A stretch of 64,000 nucleotides of DNA from Candidatus Bathyarchaeota archaeon (GCA_963720565.1 CAVRFW010000005.1:128001-192000), one strand, 5' to 3'; shown: positions 31,311 through 42,485, counted from the stretch's first letter. Numbers and translations: made by a program. The notes: a model not told the origin generated them from the sequence alone.

Positions 31311-31844
31311 ATGCATGCAAGAAATTATGGTCCTGTGAAAGGTCAAGCATACACAAGGAAAAAGTATGCTAAGGGATTTCCACCCCCGAAAATAGTGAAG
31401 TTCACAATGGGGGACACTAAAGCAAACTTTGATATCGAAGCAAAACTCGTGGCTACAAAAAGGTGGCAAGTACGGCATATGGCATTGGAAGCGGCGCGAG
31501 TAGCAACAAACCGTGTTCTTATGGATAAACTCATTAATGATTATCTCATGGTGGTTCATCCTTATCCTCATATAATTCTTAGAGAAAACAAGATGATTTT
31601 TGGCGCTCATGCGGACCGACTTCAGCAAGGAATGCGCAGGTCCTTTGGAAAGGGAATCGGCACCGCAGCTCGAATAGAACCTGGCCAGACAATAATAACT
31701 GTGAAAGTGAAGGCCAACGCCGTGGAAACCGCTAAAGAATCATTGAAACGAGGAAGCGCAAAACTTCCGATGCCGTGCAGGATAACCGTCGAAAAAATTG
31801 AATCTCCCGATGTAACCACCAAGACGGAGACGGAGACGGCTTGA
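31311..31844 (+). CDS. rpl10e: 50S ribosomal protein L10e (uL16)
   Basis: ALEAARV, ILRENKM, GAHADRLQQGMRRSFGK. Confidence 0.96.
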   Translation: MHARNYGPVKGQAYTRKKYAKGFPPPKIVKFTMGDTKANFDIEAKLVATKRWQVRHMALEAARVATNRVLMDKLINDYLMVVHPYPHIILRENKMIFGAHADRLQQGMRRSFGKGIGTAARIEPGQTIITVKVKANAVETAKESLKRGSAKLPMPCRITVEKIESPDVTTKTETETA

Positions 31845-34270
31845 GCCAAAAAAAAGATTTGGTTCTATGGTTTGAAACGGTAAGGAACACGGATGTTCCC
31901 ATTGTTGGAGGCAAGAATGCCAGCCTTGGCGAAATGATCAATGCCGGGCTTCCTGTGCCTCCGGGGTTTGCAGTCACGGCGTATTCTTACGAAAAGTTTA
32001 TCGAGGATACACGAATTGCTGAGAAAATCTACCAAGTAATCAAAGAGACTGTTACTGACCCTAACGATCCAAAACAGTACGATACTGCGTCAAAGAAAAT
32101 TCGCGAACTAATCAATAGGACATCCATGCCGAAAGAAGTTGAGACTGCGGTTAAATCAGCCTACAAAGAACTCTGCAAAAGGCTTAACCTGAAGGATGCT
32201 TTTGTTGCTGTTAGATCGAGCGCTACTGCGGAAGATCTTCCAGACGCTTCTTTTGCCGGGCAACAAGAAACTTTCTTGAACGTTAAGGGCTCCGACGATC
32301 TTCTAGATAAAGTTGTCAAGTGCTGGTCGAGCCTTTTTACTCCTCGCGCAATTTTCTACAGAAACGAAAAAGGGTTTGCTCATGAGAAAGTCTTCATAAG
32401 CGTTGGAGTTCAGAAAATGGTGAACTCTCGAGCTGCAGGAGTCATGTTTACTATAAACCCAGTAACCGGCAACAAAGAGGAAATCGTTATCGAAGGCAAT
32501 TATGGTCTGGGCGAATCGGTCGTTTCTGGTGCCGTGAACCCAGATGACTTTGTAGTTGACAAGAAAACGATGAAGATTACTTCACGGCGAATAGCTAGGA
32601 AAACAATTCAGTACATCCGTGATCCCGATACGGGCAAAACGATCCATTTGGATGTGCCAGAAAATAAACAGAAAGAAACATGTCTTAATGATGAAGAAAT
32701 TCTGAAGCTTGCCGAGTTGGCGAAATCGATTGAGGGTCACTATGGCAAGGCTATGGATATAGAATGGGCGATCGATAAAGATCTGCCTTTTCCCAAAAAC
32801 ATGTTCTTGGTTCAAGCTCGTCCCGAGACTGTTTGGGGTGGCAAACCGATGGAAGTATTAAGTGGATTTGAAGAAGGCAAATCTGGAGAAGGCCTCAAAG
32901 TCGTCGCAAAAGGAATATCCGCGGGAAAAAGAGGCTACGGCATAGGCATTGCTAAAGTCGTGTTTACTCCTGATGAAGCATCAAAAATTATGGTCAAAGG
33001 CGACATACTCGTAACAGATATGACTGATCCCAACTTCGTTCCATTCATGAAGATTGCAAGTGCAGTAGTAACTGATAAAGGGGGGGTAACCTCTCATGCG
33101 GCAATCGTCAGCCGCGAGTTTGGGATTCCTTGCATCGTTGGGACAGAAACAGCTACGAAAGTTATGGAGACCGGAAAGCAGTATACCATAGACTCGAGAA
33201 ATGGCATAGTTTACGAGGGAATCTTGGCTGAAGCCACAACGTCATCAGGTTCACAGGCTTCTGCTGCTGCAGGCGGAACACGTGTGGTCGAATCTGCCCC
33301 AGTAACAGCCACGAAGATTTACATGAATTTGGGTGCTCCTGAGAAAATAGTCGACTACGCGGATTTGCCTTTCGAAGGTATTGGCTTAATGCGCACTGAA
33401 TTCATCTTGTTAAACTACATAGGCCAGCACCCGATGCTTTTTGTTGACACAGGCGAAGGTCAGAAATTCGTGGATAAACTGGCTGAAGGTGTTGCTATAG
33501 TTGCCCGGGCTATCCAACCTCGGCCTGTTGTTGTGCGTTTCAGCGACTTTAAAACTAATGAGTACCGTGGTCTTAAGGGCGGAGACAAGTATGAGATTGT
33601 TGAAGAGAATCCGATGCTTGGCTGGAGAGGGTGTAGTCGATATATCAGCAAATGGTACCAGGCGGCTTTCAGACTTGAATGCCAAGCAATAAAGAAATGC
33701 CGCACAGAATGGGGGCTCAAAAACGTCTATGTTATGCTGCCGGTGGTTCGTACATTGTGGGAAGCTAAGAAATGCCTTGATATCATGAAGGAGGAAGGTT
33801 TGGAAAGGTCCCGTGATTTCAAGGTGTGGTTCATGGCTGAAACACCTTCCATCGCTATTCTTGCTGACGAGTTCTCCAAGCTTGTCGACGGATTCTCTAT
33901 AGGGTCCAATGATATGACGCAGGGCATTCTGATGATTGACAGGGATTCAGAACGTTTGGGTCAAATGGGCTACTTCGATGAACGCGATCCTGCGGTAAAA
34001 AGAATAATTGCACACTTGATTAAAGTGGCGCATGAGAATGGTTGCACGGTCTCTATATGTGGGGAGGGTCCTTCAAACTTGCCAGACTTCGCTGAGTTCC
34101 TTGTCCGCGTTGGAATAGACAGCATTTCAGTAAACAATGATGCTCTGATCACGACAAAGAAAATGGTTGCAAGCATAGAACAGAAGATAATTCTTGAACG
34201 CCTGGCGGAGCAAGCAGCAATAGCTTCTGGGCACCCGATGAAGAAACCAATCCCTGACTGGGAATGGTGA
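31841..34270 (+). CDS. ppsA: Phosphoenolpyruvate synthase
   Basis: VGGKNASLGE, SFAGQQET, GGVTSHAAIVSRE, FSIGSND. Confidence 0.96.
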   Translation: MSQKKDLVLWFETVRNTDVPIVGGKNASLGEMINAGLPVPPGFAVTAYSYEKFIEDTRIAEKIYQVIKETVTDPNDPKQYDTASKKIRELINRTSMPKEVETAVKSAYKELCKRLNLKDAFVAVRSSATAEDLPDASFAGQQETFLNVKGSDDLLDKVVKCWSSLFTPRAIFYRNEKGFAHEKVFISVGVQKMVNSRAAGVMFTINPVTGNKEEIVIEGNYGLGESVVSGAVNPDDFVVDKKTMKITSRRIARKTIQYIRDPDTGKTIHLDVPENKQKETCLNDEEILKLAELAKSIEGHYGKAMDIEWAIDKDLPFPKNMFLVQARPETVWGGKPMEVLSGFEEGKSGEGLKVVAKGISAGKRGYGIGIAKVVFTPDEASKIMVKGDILVTDMTDPNFVPFMKIASAVVTDKGGVTSHAAIVSREFGIPCIVGTETATKVMETGKQYTIDSRNGIVYEGILAEATTSSGSQASAAAGGTRVVESAPVTATKIYMNLGAPEKIVDYADLPFEGIGLMRTEFILLNYIGQHPMLFVDTGEGQKFVDKLAEGVAIVARAIQPRPVVVRFSDFKTNEYRGLKGGDKYEIVEENPMLGWRGCSRYISKWYQAAFRLECQAIKKCRTEWGLKNVYVMLPVVRTLWEAKKCLDIMKEEGLERSRDFKVWFMAETPSIAILADEFSKLVDGFSIGSNDMTQGILMIDRDSERLGQMGYFDERDPAVKRIIAHLIKVAHENGCTVSICGEGPSNLPDFAEFLVRVGIDSISVNNDALITTKKMVASIEQKIILERLAEQAAIASGHPMKKPIPDWEW

Positions 34271-34356
34271 CACAGCCTAGGTAAACCACCAACAAGTGCA
34301 GAAATCGCCTTTCCCTTTTGTTATTTCATATAGAAAAATAAAGTGGATGCATTAGT

Positions 34357-35358
34357 ATGAAAGGGTTTGATTTTGAAGAAGAAAGAATAAAACTAGAAAT
34401 AGTAAAACTCGGGGCAAAACGCGTTCTCCTGCAACTGCCTGAAGGTCTGAAACCTGAGGGTCCACGCTTGGCGAAAATCATCGAAAAAACTGGTGCTGTT
34501 CCAATAATCTCGGCAGATCCATGTTACGGATCTTGTGACTTGGCCATTGATGAAGCCGAGAGTCTAGGTATAGACCTGATAGTGCATTTTGGACATGCAA
34601 AACTGGTTAGGCACGAACAGGTTCCAACTATATACATTGAAGCAAGAGCAACAGTGACCGTTGATGAGGCCGTCGAAGCCTCAGTTCCATTGTTGAGAGA
34701 ATGGAACAGAATAGGCTTAGCAACTACAATCCAGCATGTGCAAACGCTTGCAGAGGCAAGCGAAATTCTCGTTAGAGGAGGTAAAACGGTGGTAGTCGGA
34801 GATGCTGGACGAATGCACTACGCCGGGCGCGTGAGCGGATGTGACTACAGCAACGTTAAGTCAATCTCCAACGACGTTGATGCTTTCCTGTTCATCGGCG
34901 GTGGTCTGTTCCACGCTTTGGGTATTGCCCTGAGCACATCTAAACCAACTATAGTCGCCGATCCTTATGATAAACGAGCATATTCAGTGGACGATGAAGC
35001 ACAGAAAATAGTCAAACAGCGTTGGGCATCTATTGAAGAAGCAGGAGCAGCTAAAACATTTGGTGTTTTGGTGGGTTTGAAACTCGAACAGAAACGTCTT
35101 GATGAGGCACTAAAAGTCAAAGAGTCAATTGAAAAGGCAGGAAAGGTTGCTCTTCTTTTGGCTGTAAGAGAGGTTCTCCCAGAAACACTTATGGAATTTC
35201 CAACAATAGAGGCATATGTGAATACTGCTTGTCCAAGAATTTCTCTTGATGCTCCTTCAAAGTTCTCAAAGCCCGTTTTGACCGTGAACGAGTTTAAGGT
35301 GGTTTTCGGTGAAATCTCATGGCAAAGCCTACTCAAAAAAGGCTTGTTCGAAAGATAG
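34357..35358 (+). CDS. dph2: Diphthamide biosynthesis protein Dph2
   Basis: QLPEGLK, CYGSCD, HFGH, ACPRI. Confidence 0.93.
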   Translation: MKGFDFEEERIKLEIVKLGAKRVLLQLPEGLKPEGPRLAKIIEKTGAVPIISADPCYGSCDLAIDEAESLGIDLIVHFGHAKLVRHEQVPTIYIEARATVTVDEAVEASVPLLREWNRIGLATTIQHVQTLAEASEILVRGGKTVVVGDAGRMHYAGRVSGCDYSNVKSISNDVDAFLFIGGGLFHALGIALSTSKPTIVADPYDKRAYSVDDEAQKIVKQRWASIEEAGAAKTFGVLVGLKLEQKRLDEALKVKESIEKAGKVALLLAVREVLPETLMEFPTIEAYVNTACPRISLDAPSKFSKPVLTVNEFKVVFGEISWQSLLKKGLFER

Positions 35359-36020
35359 ACATAGAGCTTTTTCTATCTCGGATTGCACCGCACACCTCGC
35401 CTCAGGCTAGCCTTGAGCAATATACAACTTCAGAAACTGTCGCTGCCACGCTGCTCTATATTGCCGCTTACGCTAACGATGACATCCCCGGGAAAACTGT
35501 TTTGGATTTAGGATGCGGTACTGGTAGGTTGGGTCTTGGCGCGGCTTTTTTGGGTGCAAAGTATGTTGTGGGGGTTGACATTGATAAGGCAGCAATAGCA
35601 TATGCTTCTGGGGCTTCGAGACGAGCGAACCTCGAAAACCGTGTTCAATGGGTTGTTGGAGACATAGCTGCTATAAGAGGCAAATTTGACACGGTTCTTC
35701 AAAATCCCCCATTCGGTGTTCAAACGCGAACCGCTGACAGGAAATTCTTGGAAAAGGCTTTGGAGGTTGGTTGCAGAGTGTACTCATTCCACAATCATCC
35801 GCATCATGATAAGCAGCTTGCTAGCCGACTTGGGGGTTCCAATATTGATCTCCTACAGGTTCCTCCTTCACCTTTTATTGAAAGGTTTGTTGAGACTCAC
35901 AATGGTTCGGTAAAAGCGGTTTACGCTATGCTTGTGACAATTCCACGCATGTTCAATTTTCACACAAAGAAAAATTACTCTTTTGTAGTTGACTTGTACG
36001 TGTTAGAGTCGAATAGTTGA
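35319..36020 (+). CDS. METTL5-family methyltransferase
   Basis: LEQYTT, DLGCGTG, NPPFG. Confidence 0.88.
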   Translation: MAKPTQKRLVRKIDIELFLSRIAPHTSPQASLEQYTTSETVAATLLYIAAYANDDIPGKTVLDLGCGTGRLGLGAAFLGAKYVVGVDIDKAAIAYASGASRRANLENRVQWVVGDIAAIRGKFDTVLQNPPFGVQTRTADRKFLEKALEVGCRVYSFHNHPHHDKQLASRLGGSNIDLLQVPPSPFIERFVETHNGSVKAVYAMLVTIPRMFNFHTKKNYSFVVDLYVLESNS

Positions 36021-36164
36021 CATTTCTCCAAACGCGAGATGGGTCTCTCGGTTTCTTCTCGTTATTGTAATCAAAAGGTTTATTGAGCAGCATGGAAGTT
36101 TACAGATATACCCATTTAGCGAAAGTGTCTATTCCATTTGTATTCGCTGTGAAAGGGAAATCAC

Positions 36165-36746
36165 ATGAGTTTGAAATCACCTCAACAGAAGAGTGGTCAT
36201 CTAGTGTTGCCTGGCGAGCGTCTGGGCGTTATTGAAGAATACATTCCGGATTCTGGAACATACGTCAAAGACGGTGTAATCTACTCTAAGATTATTGGTC
36301 GCGCTTTGATGGATTTGCTAAACAAACGCGTTTCGGTTTACCCGGTGGTTGACAGAGTAGCGGTTCCAAAACTCTCAAGCTCTGTTGTAGGGCAGGTTGG
36401 CAACGCCCAATCAGACAATGTTTTAGTGCGAATCTTCAAGATAGGCCCGAATAGACTTTCGGGTGTTTTCTCTGGTATACTGCATATTTCTGATGTTCAG
36501 GATAGATACGTTGATTCTATGAATGACGTGTGCAAACCCGGCGATATTATACGTGCTAAGGTCATAAGTGAAAAGAACAAGATGTACCACCTGTCAACAG
36601 TCGACAAGGACATGGGTGTGCTCTACGGTTTCTGTTCTCGGTGTGGAGGTCTACTGGAGCAGAAACATAATGATATGAACTGCCCTAAGTGTGGAAACGT
36701 TGAACGGCGCAAAACCGCATCGGATTATGGAAAGGAGGAACTATAA
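36165..36746 (+). CDS. csl4: Exosome subunit Csl4
   Basis: VLPGERLG-x2-EEY, S1 domain, C-terminal zinc ribbon. Confidence 0.93.
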   Translation: MSLKSPQQKSGHLVLPGERLGVIEEYIPDSGTYVKDGVIYSKIIGRALMDLLNKRVSVYPVVDRVAVPKLSSSVVGQVGNAQSDNVLVRIFKIGPNRLSGVFSGILHISDVQDRYVDSMNDVCKPGDIIRAKVISEKNKMYHLSTVDKDMGVLYGFCSRCGGLLEQKHNDMNCPKCGNVERRKTASDYGKEEL

Positions 36747-36750
36747 ACAA

Positions 36751-37032
36751 TTGAAGGTCAAGGTGCTAAAAAGAGAGGGTAAAGAACTCAAGATTGAAAT
36801 TGAAGGTGCAGGGCACGGTTTATGTAATCTAATTCAAAAGAAGCTTTTAGAAGACAAAGGCGTTGATATGGCTGGTTATGACGTTCCACATCCACTTGCA
36901 TCGAATCCTGTAATCTATGTAAGGATGAAAGGAACAGTGAAGCCGGAAGAGGCTCTTAGAAAAGCCGCAGCGAAGGCTCGCGAGACAAATGACGCCTTCA
37001 GTAAGGAATTAGAAAAGGCTCTCAAGGTCTAA
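36751..37032 (+). CDS. rpoL: RNA polymerase subunit L (Rpo11)
   Basis: EIEGAGHGLCNL, AGYDVPHPL; TTG start at 36751 after GGAGG. Confidence 0.92.
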   Translation: MKVKVLKREGKELKIEIEGAGHGLCNLIQKKLLEDKGVDMAGYDVPHPLASNPVIYVRMKGTVKPEEALRKAAAKARETNDAFSKELEKALKV

Positions 37033-37152
37033 ATATCGGTTTTTAAGCTATAAATCCTAGAGGTTTCTTCTTCCTTTGTCGGGAAAGACCGGTTTTCTAG
37101 GCCACGCTAAGTTTATAACTGCTTTAACACATTCCACAATTAGTGCGAGAGA

Positions 37153-37743
37153 TTGGTCCCTAAGAGTCTCCGTTCGATTAAGCCTGAAATTCGTGTTTTG
37201 GGAGTGGACGACGGTAAATTTATTTCTCATACGAACACCCAAGTGCTTGTTGTCGGTATCGTTTTTCGGGGAGGCTACTGGTTGGACGGTCTACTGCGAA
37301 CCAGGATAAGCGTGGACGGACTAAACTCTACCGAGAAGATAGCTTCAATGATTACAAGCTCGTCACACTGCAAACAACTGCAGGTCATAATGCTAAACGG
37401 CATAACGTTTGCTGGCTTCAATGTGGTGGATATTAAAACTTTGAACAGGGTCACAGGCATTCCAGTAATCACAGTCACTCGCGAAAAACCTGACTTAGAT
37501 AGGATTCATAATGCACTCAAAAACCTTCCTGCAGGCGAATTGCGCTGGAGACTCATAAACGAAGCTGGTGCCCCCTCTGAACTGGAAACTCGGAACGCAG
37601 GAGCAAAAATCTATGTTCAAACTGCCGGAATACACAATGATGACGCTCAAAGAATCATACGGTTCACCTCAACTCGAAGCAGTATTCCAGAACCATTGCG
37701 TGTCGCACATATTATTGCCTCGGGATTAGGTGCCCTTGACTAG
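37153..37743 (+). CDS. DUF99 family protein (endonuclease V-like)
   Basis: GVDDG, GITFAGFNVVD, PEPLRVAH. Confidence 0.88.
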   Translation: MVPKSLRSIKPEIRVLGVDDGKFISHTNTQVLVVGIVFRGGYWLDGLLRTRISVDGLNSTEKIASMITSSSHCKQLQVIMLNGITFAGFNVVDIKTLNRVTGIPVITVTREKPDLDRIHNALKNLPAGELRWRLINEAGAPSELETRNAGAKIYVQTAGIHNDDAQRIIRFTSTRSSIPEPLRVAHIIASGLGALD

Positions 37744-37810
37744 TGAACTGGCAAACCTTTAAAAGTGACCGTGTAAACGGAATCAAAAACGGGTAATGGA
37801 GTAACGAACT

Positions 37811-38161
37811 ATGGAGTTCTGTCCAAAATGTGGTTCTCGCCTTGAGCCCAAGAAATCCAAGTCGGGAAAGGCAACTTCAGTGATGCTTGCCTGCCAGAAA
37901 TGCGGTTACAAAAAGCAAGAACATGGCAGAGTCGAGACCAAAGTCGGCAAGGTCATTCAGCATGACCCCCAGCAACTCGTGGCCGTGATAAGTAAGGAGG
38001 AGCAGAAGTTGAGGACGCTTCCGACAGTTCGGATCGAGTGCCCAAAGTGCGGCAATAACGTTGCATATGTGTGGCAGGTTCAGACAAGAGGTTCTGATGA
38101 ATCTTCAACCCAGTTTCTGCGGTGCACAAAATGCAACTACACTTTCAGAGAATACAGCTGA
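37811..38161 (+). CDS. tfs: Transcription factor S
   Basis: Two zinc ribbons and QTRGSDE acidic hairpin. Confidence 0.95.
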   Translation: MEFCPKCGSRLEPKKSKSGKATSVMLACQKCGYKKQEHGRVETKVGKVIQHDPQQLVAVISKEEQKLRTLPTVRIECPKCGNNVAYVWQVQTRGSDESSTQFLRCTKCNYTFREYS

Positions 38162-38383
38162 ACACTTTGTATCAATAATCTGCTCTGCTAATTCCTCAAA
38201 ACTGCTTTTATGCAAGAAGGTTCTCACAAAAAGTCATGACTCTTCGACGTTTACCACATTTCTAAGCGCGAAACAAGCGCATATTTCTTCTATTGCCCGA
38301 TTGGATTCTGGCGACTTATTTCTTATGTTAAACTGTAAGTCTTTTATACCCCATAGCATATGGATTAAGCGAGGAAAAAAGTT

Positions 38384-39139
38384 GTGTTTAGGCTCAAAGT
38401 GGCTGACGCCAAACTATTAAGAGATATGTCTACTGCTATCTCGATTCTTGTAGACGAAGCTACATTCAAAATTGAACCAGACGGTTTGAAACTTCGAGCG
38501 ATGGATCCATCCCGTGTGGCTATGATTGATTTTGAATGGCCTAAGACAATTTTTGAGGAATATGTGTGCGCAGAACCAACGAAAATGTGCATTAACATAA
38601 GTGAGCTGCTCAAACTGCTAAAACGGGCGAGTAAGGATGAAGCTGTTGAATTGTCTCTTGACGAAAAAACTGGACGATTACAGATTAAGATATCTGGAAA
38701 GTATAGCAGAAACTTTACCATGCCTACTCTTGAAGCTTCCGAAGAAGAAGTCCCGACGCCCAAGATTGCGTTCAATGTGAAGGCAAAAACCACTACACAG
38801 GGGCTCAGCCAAGCGATAGAGGATGCTCAACTCGTGAGCGATCATGTTCGTATAGAAGCAGACTCGGAGAAACTACTTCTTAATGCTTCAGGCGACTTGA
38901 TGGGCGCTACTATAACACTTCAGAAAGGTAGCGACACGCTGCTGGATCTTGAAGCCAAAGAAAATTCGAAGGCTACCTTCAGCCTTAGCTACTTGTCAGA
39001 GATCATAAAAGCGGCATCAGCCACTTCGGAAATTGCCACTCTTGAATTCTCATCAGATATGCCCATAAGAATAGACTTTCAACAGACCAAAGAGGGCAAA
39101 TTGACCTTCTTCCTTGCGCCAAGAATCGAAACAGAATAA
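38384..39139 (+). CDS. pcn: DNA sliding clamp PCNA
   Basis: RAMDPSRVAM, FFLAPRIE. Confidence 0.97.
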   Translation: MFRLKVADAKLLRDMSTAISILVDEATFKIEPDGLKLRAMDPSRVAMIDFEWPKTIFEEYVCAEPTKMCINISELLKLLKRASKDEAVELSLDEKTGRLQIKISGKYSRNFTMPTLEASEEEVPTPKIAFNVKAKTTTQGLSQAIEDAQLVSDHVRIEADSEKLLLNASGDLMGATITLQKGSDTLLDLEAKENSKATFSLSYLSEIIKAASATSEIATLEFSSDMPIRIDFQQTKEGKLTFFLAPRIETE

Positions 39140-39201
39140 CTAGAATTACGGCATGCTGGCGCGTGCATGCGCTGGCGAACAAAAGCTCCGCATGCTTGAA
39201 T

Positions 39202-40227
39202 TCAAAGGTATTCTATTGTTCTTGTGCGTCTTGTCCGGCCTTGTTTTCTCAGGTGATATGTCAAAGGATTTCTTATGGTTCTGCATATCGAATCAGCAGG
39301 TCCAAAACAAACGCCATGAGTCTGCAGTGAAGCACAATTGTAAGTTACATATGGCTTGGTTAATCCGCTTTTGCCTGCGAGATTTTCAACTTGGTATCTT
39401 GTTTTGTCTTCCTTAAAATCTGAGACATTGGAGAACAAACTGACAATCGTGTCTATGCTCAAGTTCTGATGGATCAGGTAAGTCACCAACGTGAATCTTT
39501 CAACGTGTGACAGATGCTGCCCTTTCGCTGCTCTATCCATAAGTCCCTTTATGCATGGAGGGTAATCGGATTCCTGTGCACGTATAACCTCGTAGACCTC
39601 TTCAAACAACGGTTTTCTTTTCAAGAATTCCGCCTTGAGTTCCTCGATATCCTTCTGGATCTCGCCAGGAACCTGGGTGAGCTCCTGTTTAGTGCTGTCC
39701 TCTATTCGCTTCTGGACTTCTTCCTGCAGCAACCTTGCAAGTTCAGCGGGCGCTACACGAACCCACCCCTTCTGCATCGTTCTGTTGAGAAGTTTCCATT
39801 TAGGATCATGGAACAGTCTTCCCCTCGCTGTGTTCTGAAGGAATTTCGTGAAATAAATTGAAAAAGAAAGATCTTGGTTAACATGGACTTCCCATTCGAA
39901 AGCCTTGGCAATTTCAAAAATAACATCGTTGTTTTTTTCAGTCTCAAGGAACCTGTTTATTCTCTTAGACTCAAACAAGGCAAACCGTTCTGTTAGTTTG
40001 GGGTCTCCTATTCCCGTTGCATATATTATGGAAAGGGGATAAGAAGCCACTTCGATCTCGAACTGTTTGCTCGGTTCTTGAGAAATTGCCATCGCAAGCT
40101 CGAAAGTAGAAGTTATCCTCTGTTTCGCTCGGTCTCTAATTGCTTCCAAGCCAGCGATTGTCTCAAAATCCAATCCCAATTCAGCAACATGTTTTCTCGC
40201 CTGCGGCAAGAAAGGATATTTGACCAT
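39202..40227 (-). CDS. priL: DNA primase large subunit
   Basis: KYPFL, YPPCI, HVERF, YNC-x7-C-x6-C...NP Fe-S motif. Start may be about 7 codons upstream. Confidence 0.92.
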   Translation of the reverse strand: MVKYPFLPQARKHVAELGLDFETIAGLEAIRDRAKQRITSTFELAMAISQEPSKQFEIEVASYPLSIIYATGIGDPKLTERFALFESKRINRFLETEKNNDVIFEIAKAFEWEVHVNQDLSFSIYFTKFLQNTARGRLFHDPKWKLLNRTMQKGWVRVAPAELARLLQEEVQKRIEDSTKQELTQVPGEIQKDIEELKAEFLKRKPLFEEVYEVIRAQESDYPPCIKGLMDRAAKGQHLSHVERFTLVTYLIHQNLSIDTIVSLFSNVSDFKEDKTRYQVENLAGKSGLTKPYVTYNCASLQTHGVCFGPADSICRTIRNPLTYHLRKQGRTRRTRTIEYL

Positions 40228-40441
40228 GTCAGCTAGCGTGACGGAAATGAGATCACCCGATGTTGACTAGTACCCGTAGCTGAAAAATATAAAGACTTTT
40301 CAAACCACGGCAACAAGACCTGCGAGTTTTCAATGTTCAGCCTAGTGTAAAACCTTAGTGAGTGCTATGTAAACATAGACGAGGTTAACGTTAAATCTGG
40401 CGACGCTAAATCATTACTCGGATTGACAGGGGGAGGATTTT

Positions 40442-41611
40442 GTGGTTCCACGTGACTTTGTCTACGAAAAATTCTCGGAATACTACAAAAATTCATCCGA
40501 GACCATCAATCCCCCTTTACTATTTGATCAAAGAGAGTTCGGTTTTTTTCTGCTGAAAGAAAAAGTTATGCTCAGACACAAGAGATTTGGCAAGAAAACT
40601 GATCTGAACTCTTTTTTGAGCGAGGTCGTGCCCTCTGATGTTTACCATTCATGCGCCTACTACGAAAACCCAGATTTCGAGATGAGTAAGAAGGGCTGGC
40701 GGGGTTCAGATTTGGTTTTCGACATAGACGCTGATCATATTCCAACACCATGCAACAAGATTCATGATGAATGGAGCTGCGGCAAGTGCGGCTTCACTGG
40801 AAGAGGGATCACACCTGATGTCTGTCCAGCCTGTGGTGGAATGAAGTTCGACACTAAAACTTGGCCCTGCGAACTCTGCTTGCAGTCTGCAAAAGAGGAG
40901 ACCGAGAAATTAGTTGTCATGTTAGAGGAGGATTTTGGGTTTTCCCCTGAAGAGATGCACGTTTTCTTTTCTGGACACCGTGGCTATCATTTGCATGTTG
41001 AGACTGAATCAGTCAGGACCTTGGACGCGGCTGCCCGCAAGGAAATAGTTGATTATGTTTCCGGGCTCGGTCTCATGCTATTAGATGAAGACATCGAGAA
41101 AAAAGGTTCCAGACGGCGGAAGGTGAAGTTCTTTGATTTCCAAGATTTCGGATGGCGAAGACGCCTGAAGGTGGGCATGGAAAAATTCGTTACGAACGCC
41201 ACCAAAGAGGATTTAAAAGCGATAAGAATTCGAAGCTATAATGTGCTGAAGAATAGAGAGACAATTTCTTGGATGAGGCTGGCTCGATATATAAGAGATT
41301 TGGAGTCTGCGAAGATTGATACGGTAGTAACCACAGACTTGCATCGTCTGATCAGGATGGCTGGAACGCTGCACGGCAAAACAGGTTTGCTGAAGGTCGA
41401 ATTTCCAACGTCTAAAATTGCGAGTTTCGATCCTTTCAAGGAAGCGGTAGCTTTTAAAAAGGGGACAGCGAGAGTGTCTGTCTCTAGCGCGCCAGAGTTT
41501 AGGTTGTGTGGAGAAGTGTTTGGTCCTTACAGGAATCAGACGGTTGAACTGTCGACAGCTGCAGCGGTCTTGCTCGTGTGCAAGAAAAGAGCTGAGGTGG
41601 TACAGAATTGA
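40442..41611 (+). CDS. priS: DNA primase small subunit
   Basis: REFGF, FDIDAD, FSGHRGYH, IDTVVTTDLHRLIR, TLHGK. Confidence 0.94.
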   Translation: MVPRDFVYEKFSEYYKNSSETINPPLLFDQREFGFFLLKEKVMLRHKRFGKKTDLNSFLSEVVPSDVYHSCAYYENPDFEMSKKGWRGSDLVFDIDADHIPTPCNKIHDEWSCGKCGFTGRGITPDVCPACGGMKFDTKTWPCELCLQSAKEETEKLVVMLEEDFGFSPEEMHVFFSGHRGYHLHVETESVRTLDAAARKEIVDYVSGLGLMLLDEDIEKKGSRRRKVKFFDFQDFGWRRRLKVGMEKFVTNATKEDLKAIRIRSYNVLKNRETISWMRLARYIRDLESAKIDTVVTTDLHRLIRMAGTLHGKTGLLKVEFPTSKIASFDPFKEAVAFKKGTARVSVSSAPEFRLCGEVFGPYRNQTVELSTAAAVLLVCKKRAEVVQN

Positions 41612-42162
41612 ACGCGTACGAAGAGCTCTATTTTGCTTGGCGACGAGAAATCGAACATGCTGAGTTGGGAAATCTGTCCAGAGACTTTTACGTGAGAATC
41701 ACGGATTACCTTCGGCTTCTTAGGGAGGGTGGCAGGATGTTGGATAAGAAGACCTTGAAGTCGAGTTTGCTGGAGCATGAATCAGAACATGTCCAAAATA
41801 TGCTTGAACAGCTGGTCTGGGCGAGGTATGAGAAGCTAGTTCGTTTAGTCGCCGAGAGTCAAAAAGTACCTTCTGAACTCTTAGCTGAAGAGGAAGCGAG
41901 ACTCTTTGAGGGTTTTGCTCCGTTTGCGGAGGCATACAGCCGATTTGCCAAAGGATTACTACAGGGGCAGCTTGCTATAGGAAACGTGGAAAAAGCACAC
42001 AAAAGGGTTGTTTTAAGGTTCGTAAAATCTGTTCCCTCCATTATTGGCGTGGACATGAAGGCTTACGGTCCTTTCCTAGCCGAGGACGTAGCTTCAGTAT
42101 CTGTTGAAAACGCGAGGATTTTGGTTAAGCAGGGCCTAGCTATATTGGTCGAGTCTTCCTAG
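41608..42162 (+). CDS. GINS15 (Gins51) subunit
   Basis: Helical A domain followed by B domain IIGVDMKAYGPF...NARIL; overlaps priS. Confidence 0.85.
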   Translation: MNAYEELYFAWRREIEHAELGNLSRDFYVRITDYLRLLREGGRMLDKKTLKSSLLEHESEHVQNMLEQLVWARYEKLVRLVAESQKVPSELLAEEEARLFEGFAPFAEAYSRFAKGLLQGQLAIGNVEKAHKRVVLRFVKSVPSIIGVDMKAYGPFLAEDVASVSVENARILVKQGLAILVESS

Positions 42163-42485
42163 CTACGCTCCTGTTCTTGAAAGCCTGAATTGCGAGAATC
42201 AAAAGTAAATATGCTACTATCTACGAAACAGAAACAAGTAGCTCTGTATGGAACTGGAATAGATTTACAGTATCAGATTCACACCGTAATTCATGCCAAT
42301 TGTGAGAGCACGCATTAGAGGGAAACAAAAACTGCGGTAGCGAAACTATCTCTGAAGTTCTCAGTATGCATCGCGGTATCTCCTGTTTGCAACTGTCGTG
42401 AATCAGTCACAAATGACTTTGAGAAAGCGGAAAAGGTATAAGAATGCGGATGTTTCCTCTATTGCAAAGCTGGAAAGCGATTGAT

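Noticed and set aside
39140..39200. GCATGC repeats between pcn and priL
   Set aside because: Too short; consistent with a simple hairpin between convergent genes.
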